From NCBI GenBank assembly GCA_965658655.1, contig CBFHTA010000001.1:360722-424721 (forward strand): a stretch of 64,000 nucleotides of DNA, read 5' to 3'. This DNA comes from Candidatus Babelota bacterium. GTDB taxonomy: Bacteria; Babelota; Babeliae; Babelales; CAIQNR01. Of this stretch, positions 59,316 to 64,000 are shown in pieces. The notes under the pieces are model-generated. The model saw only the letters and a program-made list of their open reading frames with translations, did no database searches and was not told the DNA's origin. Numbering within the stretch: position 1 is the first letter of the stretch; the number at the start of each line of letters is the position of its first letter. A program made the position numbers and the translations under genes.

Positions 59316-61187
59316 ATGAAGATTTCAAAGCTTCCGCATTACATGAGACGGTTAAAAGAACTTGGCCCTGTAAAAGCTGCGGAGGTTATTTCTAACCGAA
59401 TGCATACTTCTTTCTTTGAGCAGTATGCACGGTATCAAGCTGATCATAAACGTTCTTCTATAGCCTGGCCACTGCTTGCTCAAAAATATAAGCAGGCAGA
59501 TTTCCCTACGTTTTTTGAACAACTAAAAAAACGTTCATTCATTTCTGGTAGAGACTTATATGCTTCAGAGTTGAAAGATGGTAAAAAATTGATGCAAGAG
59601 GCAAGTGCCTTTGCTCATAATTGTTTTGATATTTTGGGGTCTCGTGAGCAGTGTTTGATTACGCTTCCATGGCATAGTGACTTTAGATTGCAATATCAGC
59701 ATCCTGATGCTGATTATTTGTTCGATAAAAATAAGTTTTATAAAGATATAACCATTCAATCTGGTCTTACCGATCGTTTAGCAAAAGATATAAAAGTGCC
59801 CTGGGAACTTTCTCGTTTTCAACATTTGTTTGTAATGGGAGCAGCATTTGAACGTGGTAAAGAACCAATGTATGCGCGCGCTTTTGAGCAACATGTTACA
59901 GACTTTTTAGATGAGAATCCATTCTTACTTGGTCCTAATTGGGTGTGTCCTATGGATGTTGGTATTCGTGCGGCAAACTGGGTATGGGCTTTTCATTTCT
60001 TTAAAGATTCAGAAGATATAGATGATATCTTTTGGCAACGTTTTATATGTTCTTTGTATGATCATATGCACTATCTTGAAAATAATTGGGAAAAATATTC
60101 AGTAACTTCAAATCACTATCTCTCAGACCTTATTGGGTATTTTTATGTAACGTGGTTGTTTCATGATATGCCTGGTGTGGCAAAGAAACATAAATGGTGT
60201 TACAGCGAAATCTTAAAAGAATTTGAGAAACAAGTATTCGAAGAGGGAACCGATTATGAGGGTTCAACCAACTATCATAAACTTGTTACTGAAATTTTTT
60301 ATAACTTCTATTTGATATGCCAAGAGTCTAACTTTCCTGTGCCCAAAAGGTTTCTCAAAAAACTTAAAAAGATGTTTTCTTTCATTGATTGGTGCGCGAT
60401 TAACGATACCGACTTAGTTAAAATTGGTGACGATGATTCAGGCAAAATCTTACACTATGGCATTCCGCGATCGCTTGTTGATGAAATGCAAGAAGAATGT
60501 GCATTGACCGAAAAGTATTATAAAGAGTTTGGTTTAGCAATTCGTAAAACAAAAGAATGGCATATTACGTTGCGGCACCATGCTTACAAAGCTGTACAAC
60601 CATCTGGGCATTTTCATAATGATATTGGCAGTGTAACAATTGCTGTTGATGGGATTGCTGTTGTGGTTGATCCAGGCTCATATGTGTATACACCGTCTGC
60701 TGTGTGGCGTAATGCTTTTAGATCTGCTTCTGCACACAATACTTTTTTTATAGAAGATATTGAGCCGGTACTTTTTGATGATCAATCTTTGTTTACGTTG
60801 GCGTTGCCAGAAGAAAAAGCTAGTGAGCGTCCATGGGAAGTATTTCATAATTTATACAGTGTACAAGCGCGTAGAAAACTTGATTTAGATTTAAATAAAA
60901 ATCACGTCCTCTTGACCGATTTTTGGGAAGAGCTACCGGTACAAACGTTTACAAGTGTTTGGAACTTTACGCTTGCTCCTGGTATTGAAGCAACACAGAT
61001 GGGTAATGATTGGTCTTTAAGTAAGGATGGTAAAGCATTGCTTGTGCTTCATTCAGAAGATTTAGACTTTACTGTTCAAGAGAGTTGGTATGCACCAAAT
61101 TATGGTACCAAGATTGCTTGCAAAAAGTTGGTGGCTAAATCTCCGTTAAGTACTCAGCCTGTAAGAATTTTCTTTAAAAAAGTATGA
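59316..61187 (+). CDS. Heparinase II/III family protein
   Basis: DIK.PWELSRFQH, NHYLSD, YEGSTNYH, GH.HND, DPGSY.Y and R...AHNT. Confidence 0.85.
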   Translation: MKISKLPHYMRRLKELGPVKAAEVISNRMHTSFFEQYARYQADHKRSSIAWPLLAQKYKQADFPTFFEQLKKRSFISGRDLYASELKDGKKLMQEASAFAHNCFDILGSREQCLITLPWHSDFRLQYQHPDADYLFDKNKFYKDITIQSGLTDRLAKDIKVPWELSRFQHLFVMGAAFERGKEPMYARAFEQHVTDFLDENPFLLGPNWVCPMDVGIRAANWVWAFHFFKDSEDIDDIFWQRFICSLYDHMHYLENNWEKYSVTSNHYLSDLIGYFYVTWLFHDMPGVAKKHKWCYSEILKEFEKQVFEEGTDYEGSTNYHKLVTEIFYNFYLICQESNFPVPKRFLKKLKKMFSFIDWCAINDTDLVKIGDDDSGKILHYGIPRSLVDEMQEECALTEKYYKEFGLAIRKTKEWHITLRHHAYKAVQPSGHFHNDIGSVTIAVDGIAVVVDPGSYVYTPSAVWRNAFRSASAHNTFFIEDIEPVLFDDQSLFTLALPEEKASERPWEVFHNLYSVQARRKLDLDLNKNHVLLTDFWEELPVQTFTSVWNFTLAPGIEATQMGNDWSLSKDGKALLVLHSEDLDFTVQESWYAPNYGTKIACKKLVAKSPLSTQPVRIFFKKV

Positions 61188-61660
61188 AGATAATTGGTCA
61201 AAATATATTTTTAAAAGAGCTGTCTCAAGAACACGTTCCAGACTATTTAGATATGTTTTCTCCTCGAGTACAGGAACTTTTAGGCGTTTCTTCGCCGTTT
61301 GCAGAATTGGCTTATGTACAGACTCAGGCCCAAAAACAACACACCGGAGAAACGTTCTTCTTTTGTATTTATGAGCAAAAAACCGGTACCTTGGTTGGTT
61401 CTATAGAGATTCGTTCTAAAGCCCACCGTGGGCAATTATGTACGTGGCTACACGAAGATTATTGGGGAACCGGTTACTTTAAAGAAGCATTTATCTTAGT
61501 ATCAAAAATTTATTTTAAAAAATATCCATGTGAAGATCATTTTACTGCTCGTGTGGATATATCTAATAAACGAAGTTACAACGCGTTACTCAAGTTAGGT
61601 TGTAAAGAGATAAGAGTTTCTTCTGGTCCTCGAGAACAACAATACGAGTTAAAGTGTTAG
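61184..61660 (+). CDS. GNAT (RimJ/RimL-type) acetyltransferase
   Basis: WLHEDYWGTGY..EA and N.RS...L.KLG. Confidence 0.8.
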   Translation: MKIIGQNIFLKELSQEHVPDYLDMFSPRVQELLGVSSPFAELAYVQTQAQKQHTGETFFFCIYEQKTGTLVGSIEIRSKAHRGQLCTWLHEDYWGTGYFKEAFILVSKIYFKKYPCEDHFTARVDISNKRSYNALLKLGCKEIRVSSGPREQQYELKC

Positions 61661-62217
61661 GGGCGAGCAGAAAGTGCCATAGTAAGATTGTCTCGTTGTT
61701 GGCTGGTAAGATTGGTTGTGTCATAATTTTTTAAAATCCTGATTATGTCTTTTCTATCAAGATAATGTGCGTAAGCAAGGGGAGTCAGTGTATGTCCTTT
61801 TACTTCAATACTACCGCATTGAGGATCGGCACCAATTTTTAATAGTGTTTCGATAAGATCACAATCTCCAGTCTTTATAGCTTGAATCAATGGTGTTCTT
61901 CCAAAGCTATTGAGCATATTAATATTAACTTTATGATTATACAGAGACTGAATGAGTTCTGTTTTTGTTTCTATGTTCATTGTAACACTTGCACAAATTG
62001 CTCCTAAGGGAGTGTTTTGTGTAACTGGATCAATAAAATTAGGGTCAACACCTTTTTTTAAAAATAATCTAATTTTTGCTACTTTCTGTGTTAAGATCGC
62101 GGCCATTAATTCTTTTTGTTCTTGAGAAGGGCCAAAAATCCTAAAGGTAAAAAAATTTGAATAGAGTGCTGATGGTGTACTTATTAATAAAAGTGTAATC
62201 AATATGTATTGTTTCAT
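61657..62217 (-). CDS. Exported ankyrin-repeat protein
   Basis: GVDPN, NTPL, GRTPLIQAI, LL..GADP and TPL; signal peptide. Confidence 0.85.
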   Translation of the reverse strand: MKQYILITLLLISTPSALYSNFFTFRIFGPSQEQKELMAAILTQKVAKIRLFLKKGVDPNFIDPVTQNTPLGAICASVTMNIETKTELIQSLYNHKVNINMLNSFGRTPLIQAIKTGDCDLIETLLKIGADPQCGSIEVKGHTLTPLAYAHYLDRKDIIRILKNYDTTNLTSQQRDNLTMALSARP

Positions 62218-62630
62218 AACGTTTGGTAGGGTGCAAAGTTAGGGTCCACAGTAAACAAATCAGGATAAAATTTTTCCCATACTTGGCATTGTTTTTGTTC
62301 TTCTTGGAATAAGCGCGCTCCGTATCTATGTACTAACTCGATTAAGTCTTGGTTTTGTGTTGAAATTGCGGTGTACGCGAGAGAATGTCCATCGAACTCT
62401 GTATATAAAAAAGAATGGTTTTGCTCTAGAAGTCTTTTTGCCACCTCAACTTCTTGATTTTTAATGGCTTTTAAAAACTGTTGTAGTCGTGCTTTTGAAA
62501 CGTGACTATAGTGGCGGAGTACAATCCTTGCTCCATGTGTAACACTGCCTAAGACTTGCTTGGCATTGGTTGCATACATTGATGCATTAGAAAGTAAGAG
62601 TGTGATTTTTAGAAGAACTTTTTTATACAT
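62214..62630 (-). CDS. Exported ankyrin-like protein
   Basis: AIKNQ.VE..K.LL and GHSLAYTAI...L.ELV.RYGA. Confidence 0.6.
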   Translation of the reverse strand: MYKKVLLKITLLLSNASMYATNAKQVLGSVTHGARIVLRHYSHVSKARLQQFLKAIKNQEVEVAKRLLEQNHSFLYTEFDGHSLAYTAISTQNQDLIELVHRYGARLFQEEQKQCQVWEKFYPDLFTVDPNFAPYQTL

Positions 62631-62704
62631 ACAATCCCCTTTGTATCAATTCTGTTTTTCTCTACCAGGGGATTATAAGTATAAAATTTTAATTAGCAAG
62701 CATT

Positions 62705-62827
62705 TTAATGGTGTGTACAGCCTGAACTACAGCTATGATGTGTATGAGCGTTATTCTTTAAGTTATAACGAGAGTAGGCTAGCAGTGCTCCAAGAAGTGC
62801 AAATAAAATTAACCATTCTTTTTTCAT
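62705..62827 (-). CDS. 40-aa membrane microprotein with His/Cys-rich tail (not in ORF track)
   Basis: MKKEWLILFALLGALLAYSRYNLKNNAHTHHSCSSGCTHH; preceded by AAGGAAAGGTGA SD. Confidence 0.7.
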   Translation of the reverse strand: MKKEWLILFALLGALLAYSRYNLKNNAHTHHSCSSGCTHH

Positions 62828-62851
62828 AGTTATCACCTTTCCTTAATCAAT

Positions 62852-63340
62852 TTAGATCTCTAGGACTCCAGTTATACTAACAGCAGGAACTTTTCTATCT
62901 TGTTTGTCAGATGTTTTTTCTTTAAAATATTCTTTTACCAATATGTTGATATCGTTTTGTTCTGGTGCTGCTTTGCGATCATATTCCTTTTGTTCTAATT
63001 TTTTTGAAAGGTAATCAATAAGTAGATGTGAATCTTCTTCATTTGGAGTTTTTGCTCGTGTGATTTCTTCAGTTGCTTTTAGAATTTCATTCACACATGC
63101 TTTTGAAGCAAGAGTACTTCTTGCTTTCTTTTTTTCAGAAGTAGGAATATGTTCTATCCATTCAGTTGGATTTTTTTCTGGTAGAGTAGGTTTTTTGCCT
63201 ATCAGCTCCATAAAAGCAGACTTGTTTTCTTCTTTAAACTCTGTAACAACCTGAACTTTACAAGGGAAAGGAAAGGCAGTGAATAGATTAAAAGATACTA
63301 AAAAGGGACAAAGTAATGATATATGTAAAAAATGCTTCAT
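62852..63340 (-). CDS. Hypothetical exported protein
   Basis: Signal-like N-terminus, charged helical body. Confidence 0.6.
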   Translation of the reverse strand: MKHFLHISLLCPFLVSFNLFTAFPFPCKVQVVTEFKEENKSAFMELIGKKPTLPEKNPTEWIEHIPTSEKKKARSTLASKACVNEILKATEEITRAKTPNEEDSHLLIDYLSKKLEQKEYDRKAAPEQNDINILVKEYFKEKTSDKQDRKVPAVSITGVLEI

Positions 63341-63392
63341 AGTTATGCTTTCAAATGTATAAAATTAAAGATGAGAGGTAGTATAAAGAAAA

Positions 63393-64000
63393 TTACTTAG
63401 TGTATCCACATTTTTTATCACCACAGAGAAGGGTAACTGTGCCTGCTTTTGAAACTTTTTTAATAACTGCAGGAGCTTTGCACTTAGGACAGGGTGTTTC
63501 TTCGATGTCGCCAAACAAAGCATATCTACATTTAGGATAGTTTTTACAACCCCAAAAGCTTCCACCACGCCATTTACGTTCAGCAACTTCACCTTCGTCT
63601 TTAGGGCATTTAAACCCAGCAACATTTTGATGAATGTGTTTACATTCTGGGTAACCAGAACAGGCAATAAATGGTCCAAATCGACCGACCATTTCTCTCA
63701 TGTTCTTGCCGCACTTTGGACAATCCATATCCACTTTTTTAGGTTCAGCTTTTGCAACAAGTTTAATTTCGTTGGTGTCGGGATTTCGTTCAAAGTTCGA
63801 AGTAAACTTACACTCTGGGTAACCAGAGCAACCCACAAATTCACCCGCTTTACCAAAACGAATAAGTAATTTTTTCTCTTTACATTCAGGGCAATCTACC
63901 TCGGTCATTTGCGCTTCTTTTGTAGAGTCTTTTCCTTTGAATGCTTTCAGTGCAGGTTCAAAGTTCTTCCAAAAACCGGTTAAAAGCGAGTCTCTATCTA
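63393..64000 (-). CDS. topA: DNA topoisomerase I, C-terminal zinc ribbons (5' truncated)
   Basis: Repeated CP.C...G.F.GCSGYPECK zinc ribbons; frame is open to the right edge (LLTGFWKNFEPAL). Confidence 0.92.
   Translation of the reverse strand, partial: DRDSLLTGFWKNFEPALKAFKGKDSTKEAQMTEVDCPECKEKKLLIRFGKAGEFVGCSGYPECKFTSNFERNPDTNEIKLVAKAEPKKVDMDCPKCGKNMREMVGRFGPFIACSGYPECKHIHQNVAGFKCPKDEGEVAERKWRGGSFWGCKNYPKCRYALFGDIEETPCPKCKAPAVIKKVSKAGTVTLLCGDKKCGYTK

Noticed and set aside
62560..62829. 89-aa + strand ORF
   Set aside because: Antisense to a better supported minus-strand microprotein with a strong SD, and to the start of the ankyrin-like gene.
484..63869. Numerous 60-190-aa ORFs nested in or antisense to recognised genes (e.g. 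53287..53727, 58702..59271, 27991..28398)
   Set aside because: Shadow frames of conserved genes with no motifs of their own.

Overview
AT-rich, gene-dense bacterial chromosome segment. It mixes housekeeping genes (pheT, lspA, glmU, mreB, rsmA, uppS, gpsA, RNase P RNA, a class A PBP, murG, holB, tmk, atpB/atpE, rbfA, rpsU, gltX, potABCD, metG, topA) with many lineage-specific signal-peptide proteins and ankyrin proteins. The scrambled operons, diderm markers (Omp85, SurA/PrsA) and exported ankyrin/HAD proteins suggest a protist-associated intracellular bacterium, most plausibly Ca. Dependentiae (TM6/Babelota); this is inference, not a database result. Main highlights: (1) an Fo c subunit made of four fused hairpins, three with the ion-binding Glu, in a stand-alone atpI/R-atpB-atpE unit; (2) a tandem gene pair with near-identical ends and unrelated cores; (3) a GC-rich 350-bp intergenic element with ~60-bp inverted arms next to gltX; (4) a candidate anti-SD sRNA; (5) an unannotated 40-aa His/Cys-tailed membrane microprotein; (6) a CDS that ends inside the RNase P RNA gene. 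I saw no CRISPR array, transposase, rRNA or tRNA.
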